From Eledone cirrhosa (Eukaryota), in NCBI GenBank assembly GCA_964016885.1, contig OZ024745.1:114328001-114392000 (forward strand): DNA of 64,000 bases, in the 5' to 3' direction. Within the stretch, counting starts at the first letter, position 1; every line of letters begins with the position of its first letter. Below, in pieces: positions 13,597 to 28,117 of the stretch. The notes beneath the pieces are model-generated. The model worked only from the letters and a program-made list of their open reading frames with translations, was not told the origin of the DNA and ran no database searches. Position numbers and translations under genes: made by a program.

Positions 13597-13930
13597 GGCA
13601 GCGAATTGCCTGAGTCGTTAGAATGTCGGCTAGAATGCTTTGCGGTTTTCGTTTCGGCTCTCTGCTCTCTGAATTCAAATCCATTCCAAGTCAACTTCCA
13701 TCCATTCCAAGTCGATAAATATGTACCAATCTAATACTGGAGTCAATTTATCATCTATATCTCTTTCTCACTTCCATTTTCTCACTCTTTATCCTTCACT
13801 ACAAGAAAATCTTCTGTATTCAAACCTAGAGAGGAGATGGGCTTCACCAGATTTTAAAAAATACCATAGAAACACCGTATGTTACCACGGAACCCCTACG
13901 AGTGCCCTTAGGATTTACGGGAGCATGCCA
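13597..13930 (+). mobile_element. Composite SINE: family S head and core plus about 170-bp 3' extension
   Basis: The extension also occurs at 13250-13392 (+) and 31895-32050 (-). Confidence 0.7.
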
Positions 13931-14142
13931 TGCATGAATGCACATAATAATCCTTGAAATATAGAACCTTGAGCCTGTCTGAAAAGAAACCATTTTTACA
14001 CAATATTTGACTGAGAATGTAAATTACTAAATTAAATGTATCCCAGTATTTTGTTTCTTCTGTCTTCCGTTGTCCCTTTCAATATATTAATTATATTTGA
14101 TTGATCCTGATAAGAAGTATCGATAAAACCGTGTACAATACT

Positions 14143-14255
14143 GGTTTCTGATTTAGGTACAAGGCCAACAATTTTGGGGGAGGGGAAAAGATTAAATCGA
14201 CCCTAGTGCGTTACTGGCACTTTATTTTATAAACCCCAAAGCTAATCGCGGTGGG
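14143..14255 (-). mobile_element. SINE family S fragment
   Basis: Tail and partial core. Confidence 0.75.
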
Positions 14256-15573
14256 ATAGTATAATATTAGTACTTATTTTTAGCTGTTTTCGCGCGGAAC
14301 TGCTTGGTATCTTAATTCCGAACATAATTATATAAAAGTGAAAATCTCTTTTACAACGAACGTTTCCTATTTACCCTCATATGGTCCATTATAAAAGACT
14401 ATATGCAAAAATAGATAGGAAACGTCCTCTATTCCAGTAGATTTATGGGTAACCATGTAAGGGATGTTTACTGGGTTACATTAAATATTACGGATCTATT
14501 CTTAGGTAACAATAGAAAGACTATCTGCCTCCTATATAAAATCTAAAGGAGGTAAACATCTGTTTATATATGTTACACTTTACTCTGTAAATATACACTC
14601 TTAGATATACATTGATAGTACGCACGTATACGCGCACAAACGTACATGTATATAAATTGTGTATGTGTATATTCATGCGCGCGTATGTGTGTATGCGCTT
14701 GAGCATATGGGCACGTAAATATATAAACACGCTTCATTTTGAACCGACCTGTTAACGGAAAAAGCTGAAAGCTTTTTATACACTTTGGCATATAGACATA
14801 TGAAGAACATCTACATATATAAACACATGCGTGCGCGCACACACACACGTGCGCATATATATATACACACACACATACACTCACGTTCTGTCTCTCGCGT
14901 ATATGCACACGCACATAGACACCCATACACACACACTGTATATATATACCTCTCTCTCTCGCCTTCCCAATACAAATAATAAGTACATACATATGGACGC
15001 ACACATGCGCACGCATACACACGCACGCGTGTTGAAATTTTCACGAGACCTCTTATTTCAGCTTATCTAATATGCACCAACGCAACCTGACCTGGATATT
15101 GTTAAAATCGGTCAATTTATCTAGGTCGTACCTAATTCTTATGATTTGTTTATATTACTGTAAAATAGGTAGCTGCTGTATGCTATAGAGCTGATTCTTA
15201 TTTTTCCTACTTTCTAGAAAAATGAGCATAAATATAGACTTATTACAGATATACCATTTCCACCAAGGAAGTATTGCGGAGAACTGTTACAGCATCAGAT
15301 AAAATATCATATCGTATTTAATTATGGCCCCTTATGTTCCGTGTTCATATCTCACCTAGGTCGGCTTTGCCTTTTAATTCTCTCGAGATTGATAAAATAG
15401 TTATATAATTCATTGCTCCCTTCCCCACCCACATTTGCGATAAAACAGTAATATCTTAATTGCCATTAGTAAAAGATTTGTTTAAATATTTAAAATAATT
15501 TTTCCATAGTCATAATTATGTTGTTGTTTTTTTTTTACATATTGTTTTTCACTGAGCACATAATATTCTAGAG

Positions 15574-16035
15574 CAGGATTTCCCAAACTTTTTCAAACGG
15601 GGAACAATTTTTGGTTCAGAAACTTTTGGGGGAACCCTAAATTCTGATACTGTTATATGGTCGTAATATAAATATACTCCTACTTTTTTCACTTAACCCC
15701 AGGAACTCCTTTGCGGAACCCAATTTGGGCAATGATTCAAAAAGTGTTCGATCCCTACCCCCAGGGAGCACTGAGAGACTCGCAAGGAGCACTGCAAAGT
15801 AAGAAGAGGATAGATGAGTCGTTGAAAGGCAAGGAGTAGCGAGGGAGAAATGGGACAAAGAATACAAATTAGTATTTGCTCGTAAAATTGTCATCTTTAG
15901 TTATTCAATAAAAAATTAAAGCATATATGTAATTATTAAAATTTAATTTTCAATACGTATATGATTTTAGTGGGGAGGGGTGCTGGTGAACTGCATACTC
16001 TAAAACTTTAGTCCAGCAAATTTTTGGAAACTCTG
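15574..16035. mobile_element. hAT (Charlie-like) non-autonomous element, possibly composite
   Basis: TIR CAGGATTTCCCAAA / TTTGGAAACTCTG; flanks TTCTAGAG / TTCTAGGA (NTCTAGAN-type target). Confidence 0.6.
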
Positions 16036-17018
16036 TTCTAGGACAAGGTCAACGAAAAATATAAAGTGACTTATTTGAGGGTAAATTGACTTCAACTAGT
16101 CTCACATTTGCGGAAGTATACTTTTTGCTAACCCATATACGCCATTTTGTTCTGCATATCGATTTATTATGTATATCGATTTAGAATAAACTTTTAAAGT
16201 TACTTCTTCCTTTTGTAAATTTTAAATTGCGTTTTCCTCTCAGATATGACATTTTTTTTTAGAATTTTGATTCATATAAAATGTTCTGCTGTATTTTATT
16301 GACGTATTAGGCACACTAGTCGTATATAGATACTTGTTTCTACTTTTGGCACAAAGCCAGCACTTACCCAGTACATTACTGGTACTTTATATATAGATAC
16401 TATTTACAAAAGTGACATGAAGAAAAAGGAAAAGAAAGAAAAAAGATAAAGGTTGTAGGAGAAATGGGATGGAGGGCAAGCTATACACCTTTAGTTGAAC
16501 GGGGTATCTGTGCCTCACGGACAATATGCAGAAATCATTGCCAGTGGTATCCTCTGCATCAGCCATTGCACCTCATGGGGATGGCCTCCTCAGGTGTGAT
16601 GCCCTCCTCTTAGTTTGTGCGGAGGAAAACGTCAACCCGGGGACAAAGGACACTTGTGGTCTCGATGGGAATACAGGAATAATGACAAATGCAGAGGAAC
16701 AGTCACCCATGGGTTTCAATGTAGCCCATCTGTTCCATATACAGCAGAAATAGAGTAAAACTGACAAAGAATAAACATAACGACGGACAATATAATAATT
16801 GTCCTAGTTTATTTATATATTTAGCATTATGTAGAGGCCTGACTAATTTCGAATACCTTTATATATAACACGTAACCCAGAATGTACGTAGCTATAGAAA
16901 TTACGAATAATTCGAATTGCAAGAAGCCAACAGAAACCTCTGTGTAATTTTCTATATTTGTTTGTATTCCAAATACACAACACAAGACATCTTTATCTAG
17001 ATACAAATTGTGTATATA

Positions 17019-18586
<1,568 letters not shown>

Positions 18587-19100
18587 AAGGTTTCTTTGTG
18601 AGGAGGGTGACTTTGGACATCCTGCAGGACTAAATACAAAACCTGTCAAAGGGCAAAGGAGCTCTTAAGAGTTAATGGTCATCCAAAATCACCGGGAGAG
18701 ATGACCCCTTAGCCTTTGTCAAGGCAGAATTCTAGGAGAAGGAAAACTCTGATATAACACCTGCAACCCTGATGGTATCCAATGATGTTGACTTGTTCTT
18801 TTTGGTAAATATCATCTTGGTTAAGAGAGTGGGATTGGCTTTGTGCAGTGCCTTTGCTCACTATAAAAGCTTCATGGTACAGGCATTGCTTTATATCTGG
18901 AGATCTCTCTGCACTTGTCGTCACATGGTACCATGGGCCCAGCACTATGTGTCAATAATGTCACAAGTGTAGTGTTTGTACCAGAGTTTTCAAGTCGCTG
19001 GCTGGACTAAAAAGTCACACTCGTTCAGCGCATCGGTAGGGGTTCTCCTACATGGATATAAAGTAGTGGCCGTACTCGAAAACGAGTTGGCAGCCGCTAT
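18587..19100 (+). mobile_element. Non-autonomous RTE-derived element (family B), 5'-truncated copy
   Basis: Near-identical to the reverse complement of 25748-26263. Carries the RTE 5'-UTR motif TCTAGGAGAAGGAAAACTCTGAT and the RTE-like 3' end TACTCGAAAACGAGTTGGCAGCC. Confidence 0.85.
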
Positions 19101-19884
19101 CTATGCATGTATGTACGGAGGTTTGTACGTTTGTATGTATGTATACATGTACGTGCGTATGTAGGAGCATATAGATAGGACAACACACGCTGTCTTTTCG
19201 TGGGGTGTTTAATTAATTTTTGTATTCTGAAATATCAAAATACAACAAATTTTTGCTCACTGGACTCGGGAATAACATGACAGAAGTTTGTGGAAGTTAC
19301 ACAAATATTTTCGTATATTTTGCCAGAGCAATCCTTATTTATATTTTACATTTCGCATTTACTTACATCTCAATATAACATTGCGAAAATTCAAATTTTG
19401 CAAAGAGAAGAAAACGGACAAATGAACTAGATACATCTCACTGCCCCCCTCCCCCTCCCCCCGCCACTACAATAACGTCTACACTCTCTCCCTACCACCT
19501 ATTTACACACATGTCATTTCCTTTGTAGACTAAAGTCACCGACCTGTTGTCAAACTCTCTACTCTGTGTTGAATGTGTGTGTATATATATGTATGTATAT
19601 GTATCACTCAGTCGAACAAACAGATTTCAACCGCAACATCTACAACAACAACAACAACACCGGCACTAATGTTTACAGCTTCAGAATGGAATGAAATGAA
19701 CATTTAAAACAACAACAGCGGCATCAGATGATAAAAAAAAAATAATAAATAAATAAATAAAAAAATAACAGACATAACATCAACGCCACCACCACCGCCA
19801 CCATCACCATCCACCGCCGCCATCACCATCACCATCACTAGCGACCGGGTCTTAAGATAATAATTTTTCTGCTTTTGGCTCGCA

Positions 19885-20680
19885 GCCAGCGATTGAGAAT
19901 CGTGACGTTGCAGCGGTCAAGCTTGGTCTAATTGATTTTTTATATGGTTAATTATGCTAATTGGGAGAGGAAATGGTATATATTATATCTAGTGATTCTA
20001 GAGACATGTTTTATGATATATAGCTCTGATTATTTAATTTATTAATTCTTCATTGAGCCACAACGTGACCTGTTGCAAAACACATATATATCTATGATTT
20101 TATATATATGTAAACCTTTATATGTAATAATCTCCCGTTAGGTTGAGATACAATTTGGCTATATTGGGCTGCGCTTTCTAGCAATAAGCCTACCCGCCGT
20201 AAGCAACTAATCACATCCTTTCTAACTTGACCGCTGCCACGTCACGATTCTTAGCCATTTTTGAATGTATTTTTGGCGCGATCACTTTGGAAAATTAAAT
20301 GTCTAATTTTGAGTTCACTCCTGATGAATCCGAAGCTCTGGACATTTCCTGTTATCGGATGTCTTAAAATACGGATGAAACCATGGTAGAGGTAATTTGG
20401 TATGTACGCATTTCTTCTAAGTTTGATTTTACACCTAATTCTGTTTGATTGACCGTATATCTGGTCGATTTCTACATGCTGTCGAAATGTTCGATAAATA
20501 CTCCATCGTAGCCACTGCGAAGGGGCTGCTTTCGGTTATTTGTCGGAGATTTCTTCATAGGAGCCTTTATTCTTATAGCTTGGTCTAATTGATTTTTTAT
20601 ATGGTTAATTATGCTAATTGGGAGAGGAAATGGTATATATTATATCTAGTGATTCTAAAGACATGTTTTATGATATATAT
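19885..20680 (+). mobile_element. Penelope-like terminal-repeat remnant carrying a hammerhead
   Basis: Direct repeat 19920-20020 / 20577-20680; inverted repeat 19885-19921 / 20226-20252; hammerhead at 20311-20398; 20478-20675 recurs (with an internal deletion) at 29663-29812. Confidence 0.6.
20311..20398 (+). ncRNA. Minimal type I hammerhead ribozyme motif (family H4)
   Basis: CTC-CTGATGA-ATCCG...CGGAT-GAAA-CCATGG-TA-GAG: full core, stem II with an inner GACAT/ATGTC helix, palindromic stem III; short stem I. Confidence 0.7.
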
Positions 20681-20691
20681 ATATGTGTGTG

Positions 20692-20770
<79 letters not shown>

Positions 20771-20823
20771 GTGAGTAGCGTGTGTGTGTTTGTTTGTATG
20801 CATGAGTGTTGGTGTGTGCGCGC

Positions 20824-20858
<35 letters not shown>

Positions 20859-21449
20859 TGTGTGTATGTCGTACGTATGAGTGTCAATAAGTGAGTTTTT
20901 TCTTTCTTTTTTTTATGCTCAGGGACATAGAAATAGTCGCGCTGGATACCCGATAGCGCAGTTAAACCAGTGGGAGTGAAGAACCCCTAGCCCTTGTCAG
21001 GGCATTCTTCTAGGAGAAGGCATCTCAGGAAACTGGGTTAACTCCGACATAAAACCTGCAGCTCAGTAGTTGCCGATGATGTTGATCTTTTCTTCTTTTC
21101 GGGTTATAGCTACTGTCGCTCAGAGAGTGGGATTGGCTCAGTGCACAGTCTTTCCTCACTTTAGAAATATTCTTCACGCACAGGCATTGCACGATTGCAT
21201 TAATTAATAATTATTAATAGTGTATTATTATTATTATTATTATTACTATTATTATTGTTACTATTATTATTACTTTTTTTTTTCTTTTCCCAATTCAATG
21301 ATGTTCCAAAACAATATAAAAGAGATAATTGGCAATAAAGGTTCTGGAACAAAAGAGATAATTGGAAATAAGGGCAGTGGTCCCAGGTTATCACAGCCTG
21401 GGTCCGCTCGCCATCATGCCACTGTAATAGAGCCCAAAAAAGGCATTTA

Positions 21450-24400
21450 GTCTTGGCTGCTGGAACGTACGGACGCTGCTTGACAGGGATTCCTTGGAAC
21501 GTCCTGAACGAAGGACCGCTCTTGTTGCAAAGGAGCTTCGACGTTACGATCTTGACATCGTAGCTTTATCTGAGACGAGGTTAGCTGGAGATGGTCACCT
21601 TATAGAATTTTGTGGAGAATATACATTCTTCTGGAAAGGAAGAGATGAAGGAACCAGAAGAGAGGCTGGGGTAGCATTTGCTGTTAAGACTGTTCTTGTG
21701 AATAAATTAGAAGAATTCCCAGTAGGGCTTAGTGAGCGTCTTATGTCCATGAGAATTCCGCTGGACAAAGGAAGATATGCGACCCTGGTGAGTGTGTATG
21801 CTCCAACTATGAATTCTGTCGATGAAGAAAAAGTGTCCTTTTACCATGCCTTGAAAGGTGTTTTAAGAAATATCCCTCAGGCAGACAAAGTCATCGTGCT
21901 TGGTGACTTTAATGCTAGAGTGGGTAGGGATTTTAACTCATGGAATGTAATCGGAAGACATGGGGTGGGAAAATGTAACAACAATGGTATGCTCCTGCTG
22001 CAGATGTGTGAGGAGCTGGATCTGTGTGTTACCAACACCATGTTTCAACAAAAGAACAAATTTAAGACCACATGGATGCATCCTGCATCTAAGGAATGGC
22101 ATCTTTTGGACTACGTCCTAGTCAGGATGCGTGACAGACGGGATGTGCAGTGTGTTCGTGCTCTTCGTGGAGCTGAGTGCTGGACGGACCACTGCCTGGT
22201 ACGCGCAAAAGTGAAACTAATCACTAAACGTAAAATCCGGGCTCCTGGTGTTGCTCTGCCCAAAAGATTGAATGTTGCTCATCTTAGGGATAAAAATGTG
22301 AAGAGGACATTGGAAGAAGAGATTCAGGTTGCAGATCTTGGTGAGGATTGGCCGACCCTTAAAACGTCGGTTTATGATGTAGGCAGGCGTGTTCTGGGAT
22401 TGGTGCAGAAAATACATCAAGACTGGTTTAATGAGAATGATGAACATGTAGAAGACTTGTTGGCTGATAATAGGCGTGCTCTGTCATGCTAATTGACGGC
22501 AAAACCACAGGAGAAGTATATGTTGCATAAGGAACTCAAGGATGTGAAATCACGTGTTAGGCGGAGTCTTTCTCAGATGAAGGATCAGTGGTGGAGTGAG
22601 AAGGCTGATGAGATACAAACTGCGTCAGATTCCAATAACACAAAGCTGTTGAACAGTCTCTTGCGTGAAGGACCGTCTTCTTCTCTGGTGACACCGCTTC
22701 GCAGCAAGGATGGCAAAGAGCCTCTTCGTGACTCAGAAGGAATTCTACGAAGGTGGCGAGAGCACTTTCATGAGCTTTTGAATCAGCCGTCTGTCGTCAA
22801 TGAAGATTTCCTCAATCTCATTCCAGAAAGTCCTATGAAAGTAACTCTCGCAGAACCTCCGGCGCTTGTGGAGGTTGCAGTGGCTATCTCAAAGATAAAC
22901 AGTGGAAGGTCTCCAGGTATGGATGGCATACATGTAGAGCTCCTACAATATGGTGGTGAGAGACTTCTGCAATAATCTTCACTCTTTGTTTGGCAGGATA
23001 TGGGCTAATGAATCCGTACCTGAGGACTGGAGAGATGCAGTAATGGTGGTCTTGTACAAGGGAAAAGGTAACAGGAATGATTGTGGGAACTACAGAGGTA
23101 TATCATTGCTTTCTGTCGTAGGGAAAGTTTTATGTAGGGTGCTTCTGGACCGTCTGCTGACACACATTGCAGATTGTGTTCTTCCTGAAAGTCAATCTGG
23201 TTTTCATGCTGGACGCGGCACTACTGATATGATCTTCTCAGCTAGAGAGCTCCAGAAGTGCATGGAACAAGATTTGGATCTGTATCAGGTTTTTGTCGAT
23301 CTGACAAAAGCTTTCGGTACTGTTAACAGAAATGCATTATGGAAGGTTCTCCAGAAACTTGGTTGCCCTGATAAGTTCCTTGCTTTAGTTAGGGCTTTCC
23401 ATGTCGACATGAAGGCTTGGGTTAATGTCGGAGGTAACATGTCGGAGCCTATCTCAGTAAAAAATGGAGTGAAACAGGGGGATATTCCAGCATCGACCCT
23501 GTTTGCCATATACTTTGCAATGGTTTTCTATATTACATTCAGGAATTGCGAGCATGCTGTTTACATCCGATATCGAACCTCAGGCAGCATATTTAACATC
23601 AGGCGCTTTGCTGCAAAATAAAAGCATTTACATCAATCATAAGAGACCTCTTGTATGCAGATGATTGCGATCTTGTAGCGCACACAGAGAGTGATATACA
23701 GCACATTTTGAATGCATTTTCTGATGCTTGCACTGCCCTACGATTGACTGTCAGTCTCAATAAAACCGTCGTCATGTACTAACCTGCCCCTGGTAAGAAG
23801 TACAGTGAACCAAATATCTATGTGTATGGTAAACGACTTGGAGTGGTTAATCAGTTTGTCTACCTGGGAAGCACTGTCAATCGATACAGCAACCTTGATA
23901 ATGAAATCCCACTCAGGATTAGGAAAGCAAATGATGCTTTCAGAAAACTAGAAAGGCGACTCTGGGGTCGGCGAGACATATGCAAGAAGACTAAGTTAAA
24001 GGTGTACAAGGCATGTGTGCTCTCTTCTCTTCTTTATGCCTGCGAGACCTTTGTCACATATCGACACCACCTTAAGCAATTGGAGCGTTTCCATCAGATG
24101 TGTCTCAGACGGATCCATGGCATTCACTGGAGGGACCACATCAGTGATGTCGAGATTTTGGAAAGCTCTCTGTGTGACAGTATAGAAGCTTTTGTGCTTA
24201 AGCAACGACTCCGTTGGAGTGGTCACCTTGCCAGGATGAAGGATTCTAGAATACCAAAACAACTCTTTTATGGAGAGTTAGTTAAAGGAAAACGACCGCC
24301 ACATAAACCAAAAATGAGGTATAAGGATTCCTTGAAAGCCTCTTTGAAAGACGCTAACATCTCTGATGATACATGGGAAAATGTTGCCGCTGATCGTAAT

Positions 24401-24835
24401 AAATGGAGAAAGAGTGTATATGAGGGAAAAGTTGCCTTTGAGGTATCTCGAATCGCATACGAGAAAGTAAAGCGGGATGTGAGGAAGGGTATTGCTGTTG
24501 CATTTCCAGACGGCGAAGGTCCTTCTATGGTGCTGACATGCAGCGTCTGTGCGAGACTCTGCCTAAGCAAAGCTGGACTCGAAAGTCATCTTCGTAGTCA
24601 TAAAGTAAGACCAGTGGTTGACTACCAGGCTGCTGTTGGAGATGCTACTCATCATGCTTGCCAAGCATGTGGTAGAGATTGTAAATCAGCAGGAGGGCTC
24701 AAACGACATGCAAAAGTACATGAAGTCCAACCACAGCCGGCTATTCCCAGTGAATGTTTTGGTTGCCGACTCTGTGCAAGACATTTTAGATCATTGGCTG
24801 GGCTAAAAAGCCACATTCGATCGCAGCACTGTTAG
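21450..24835 (+). pseudogene. RTE APE-RT-3xC2H2 polyprotein, disrupted
   Basis: ORF pieces 21494-22492, 22493-22975, 22950-23621 and 23822-24835 are colinear. Stops at about 22490 and 23780; frameshifts near 22965 and 23620. Confidence 0.93.
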
Positions 24836-24947
24836 TTGCTATCGTGTGTGTGTGTAGATATGTTTATGTGTGCGCGCGTGTGTATATATATATATATATA
24901 TATGTATATTATTATTGTTGTTGTTGTCGTTATTATTATTATTATTA

Positions 24948-25052
24948 ATCCAGCCGAGGTTGACTTTGCCTTTCATCCTTACGGGGTCGATAAAATAAAG
25001 TACCAGTAATGCACTGGGTATTTGCTGGCCTTGTGCCTAAAGTAGAAACAGT
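24948..25052 (+). mobile_element. SINE family S fragment nested in the RTE 3' UTR
   Basis: Core and tail embedded in (TTA)n. Confidence 0.88.
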
Positions 25053-25063
25053 TATTATTATTG

Positions 25064-25107
<44 letters not shown>

Positions 25108-25184
25108 GTTATTATTATGGGGTTTTTTTTCTCGTGCAATCGTCATACTCGATAACGAGCGGGCAGCCATCATGTATGTATGTA

Positions 25185-25740
<556 letters not shown>

Positions 25741-25747
25741 CATACAT

Positions 25748-26357
25748 AGTGGCTGCCAACTCGTTTTCGAGTACGGCCACTACTTTATATCGATGTAGGA
25801 GAACGCCTACTGATGCGCTGAGCAAGTGTGACGTTTTAGTCCAGCCAGCGACTTGAAAACTCTGGTACAAACACTACACTTGTGACAATTATTGACACAT
25901 AGTGCTGGGCCCATGGTACCATGTGATGACAAGTGCAGAGAGATCTCCAGATATGAAGCAATGCCTGTGCTGTGAAGCTTTTATAGTGAGCAAAGGCACT
26001 GCACAAAGCCAGTCCCACTCTCTTAACCAAGATGATATTTACCAAAAAGAAGAACAAGTCAACATCATTGGATACCATCAGGGTTGCAGGTGTTATATCA
26101 GAGTTTTCCTTCTCCTAGAATTCTGCCTTGACAAAGGCTAAGGGGTCATCTCTCCCGGTGATTTTGGATGGCCATTGACTCTTAAGAGCGCCTTTGCCCT
26201 TTGACAGGTTTTGTTTTTAGTCCTGCAGGATGTCCAAAGTCACCCTCCTCACTAAGAAACCTTGGTGGGGTTGCCAGTTTAGTCGCCAACGACCCGACCA
26301 TGAGACAGGTTGTACTGGGATACATGTTACTAGTAGCACCAACTGGTGACCTGACAT
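25748..26357 (-). mobile_element. Non-autonomous RTE-derived element (family B), full 610-bp copy
   Basis: Matches 18587-19100 plus an extra about 95-nt structured head; (TATG)n on both flanks; no ORF of note. Confidence 0.88.
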
Positions 26358-26408
26358 ACATACATACATACATACATACATACATACATACATACATACA
26401 TACATACA

Positions 26409-26439
<31 letters not shown>

Positions 26440-26444
26440 TGATG

Positions 26445-26776
26445 ATGGATGGCTCTGAACATTAATCAGTATACACTGAGGATGAAAAACCCAAAGCTGT
26501 ATGGGAGCCTCCCAAAAGTCAGCCCAATAGTGACACAGAGGAGACTGAGGTTAGCCGGACAGGCTCACCGACATCCAGAGTTGACATTGCATTCAGTGCT
26601 CCTGTGGGAGCCCTTGCATGGACACACTGGAAGAAGAAGACGGGGGTTAACATATGTGGATGACCTAAGGACAGACACTGGTCTGTTGGAGACGCAGGAC
26701 GTGGCAGCGATAATGAGGGATAGAGACCGCTGGAGAGAACTCGTCCATGGATCTCGGGAATTTTACCCGCCCTAAA
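26445..26776 (+). mobile_element. RTE-X-like LINE 3' fragment
   Basis: MALNINQ...RRLRLAG...LLWEP...DRDRWRELV; near-identical to 39541-39869 and 49016-49350. Confidence 0.9.
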
Positions 26777-26779
26777 TAG

Positions 26780-28117
26780 ATAAATTTCTTTATTAGCCAC
26801 AAGGGCACAAAAGAAGGGGACAAATACAAATGGGGAGTTTACATACAGGTATATGAAAATAAAACTATTAATACAATAACAAATAACAATTGAAATCCCC
26901 AATAGGGGGAAGGTGTTACACAGGGGTTGTACACACCCCGAAAAAATGTACAACCCTCATCTCCAGGAGCACCAAGAGTGAGTACTCCCTTCCTCTATTC
27001 CTCTTTTTCCTCAACCTACAGGCTTATATAGAGAGAAAGGCCCAACCACTCGGGCCATCTTTGCCACATTCACCCACCCTTTATAAAATTTGCTGGGGTA
27101 CAGCACCTCTCTCTCCATCCTGATTCTTCTTCCAAAATGATATTTGAAAAAACGAATCAGTTGCTCGCCGGAGAGAAAGGTGTCTCACCTCAGCCCTTTT
27201 AACCTCGTCCACCATATAACCTCTTTCACCATAGCCATAACACATAGGAAAACCGCCTCTCCCTCGCTTTTGAAGGAGGTGGCAGTATGATCATGACAAT
27301 GGACTCTGTGGTCAACTGGATTGGTCCCACCCGCGACAATAGTCGTTCTACATAGCCCCACAGGTCGGTAACGCCCGGGCAGTGTACGAATGCGTGTGCG
27401 ACGGTTTCCTCGTCGCGCACGCATCTCGGACAGATCTTTTTCGAAGTGTCCCTACCCGGGCGCCCGTGTCTGTAGAGCTTGTCTCGAACTGGTAGAGCTC
27501 CTCGGTAGCACTGCCAGGCCAGGGACTTTTGGAAGTTGTCCATTGGTCCCGGACGGAAGGTCCTACCGAACAGACTGGACAGTTCGTCTTCCTCTACGCT
27601 CAGAGTTTCACCGAGCACGTCGTCGTACTTGCTGCGGATCAACCCTCTATAGAATGACGAAGTGGAGTCTTCACTGATCGCCGGGGCCGCCTGCCAGAGG
27701 GTTGTGAGCGCCTGAGCACATTCAATGTGCCAGTCGCCCATTTTCCTCGGTCTTTGCTTGACCCAGGACAGCAGCTCGGTTAGCGAGACGAGTCGTGGGA
27801 AGGCTCGCCTCACGAACGGGACCCACAGCGGTTGTCCGGTGAGGAATACGTAGAGTTGCCGCAGCCTGAGCGCGTGTTTGCGCATCGTCAGCCACGGCAT
27901 CCCCAGCCCTCCGTTGGAAGGGTGTTGGCAGCAGATGGATCTTCTCACCAAAGGAGCCCGCCTCTTCCAAAGGAATTGGAAGAGCGCGTGCTCCATTTTG
28001 GTGAGCGTTTTGGGTGGACAAGGCACGACGGTCAAACGGTAGTAGATGGCGGGCGCTATAAAAGTGTTCGCCACCTCCGCTCGATCTTTCAAGGATAGTT
28101 TGCACTCGGCCCACTTC
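26780..28117 (-). mobile_element. L1/Tx1-type LINE 3' arm (minus), with 3' UTR and AATAAA
   Basis: ORF 27226-28191 carries GGLGMP and CPRC-x8-H-x4-C (zf-RVT); polyA signal at 26789-26794. Confidence 0.9.

Larger units (their letters stand above)
20920..25184 (+). mobile_element. RTE-clade LINE, near full length, inactivated
   Basis: 5' UTR with TCTAGGAGAAGG motif; APE endonuclease (WNVRTL, LSETR, GDFNA, DYV, DH); RT (NYRGISLL, QGD, LYADD near 23650, YLGS); three C2H2 fingers; 3' end TACTCGATAACGAGCGGGCAGCC plus (ATGT)n. Confidence 0.95.

Noticed and set aside
26265-26357. Twister or HDV-like assignment for the family B/C head
   Set aside because: Lacks the twister L4 AAGC and T1 pairing, and P1/P1.1 of the HDV fold could not be threaded; left unassigned.
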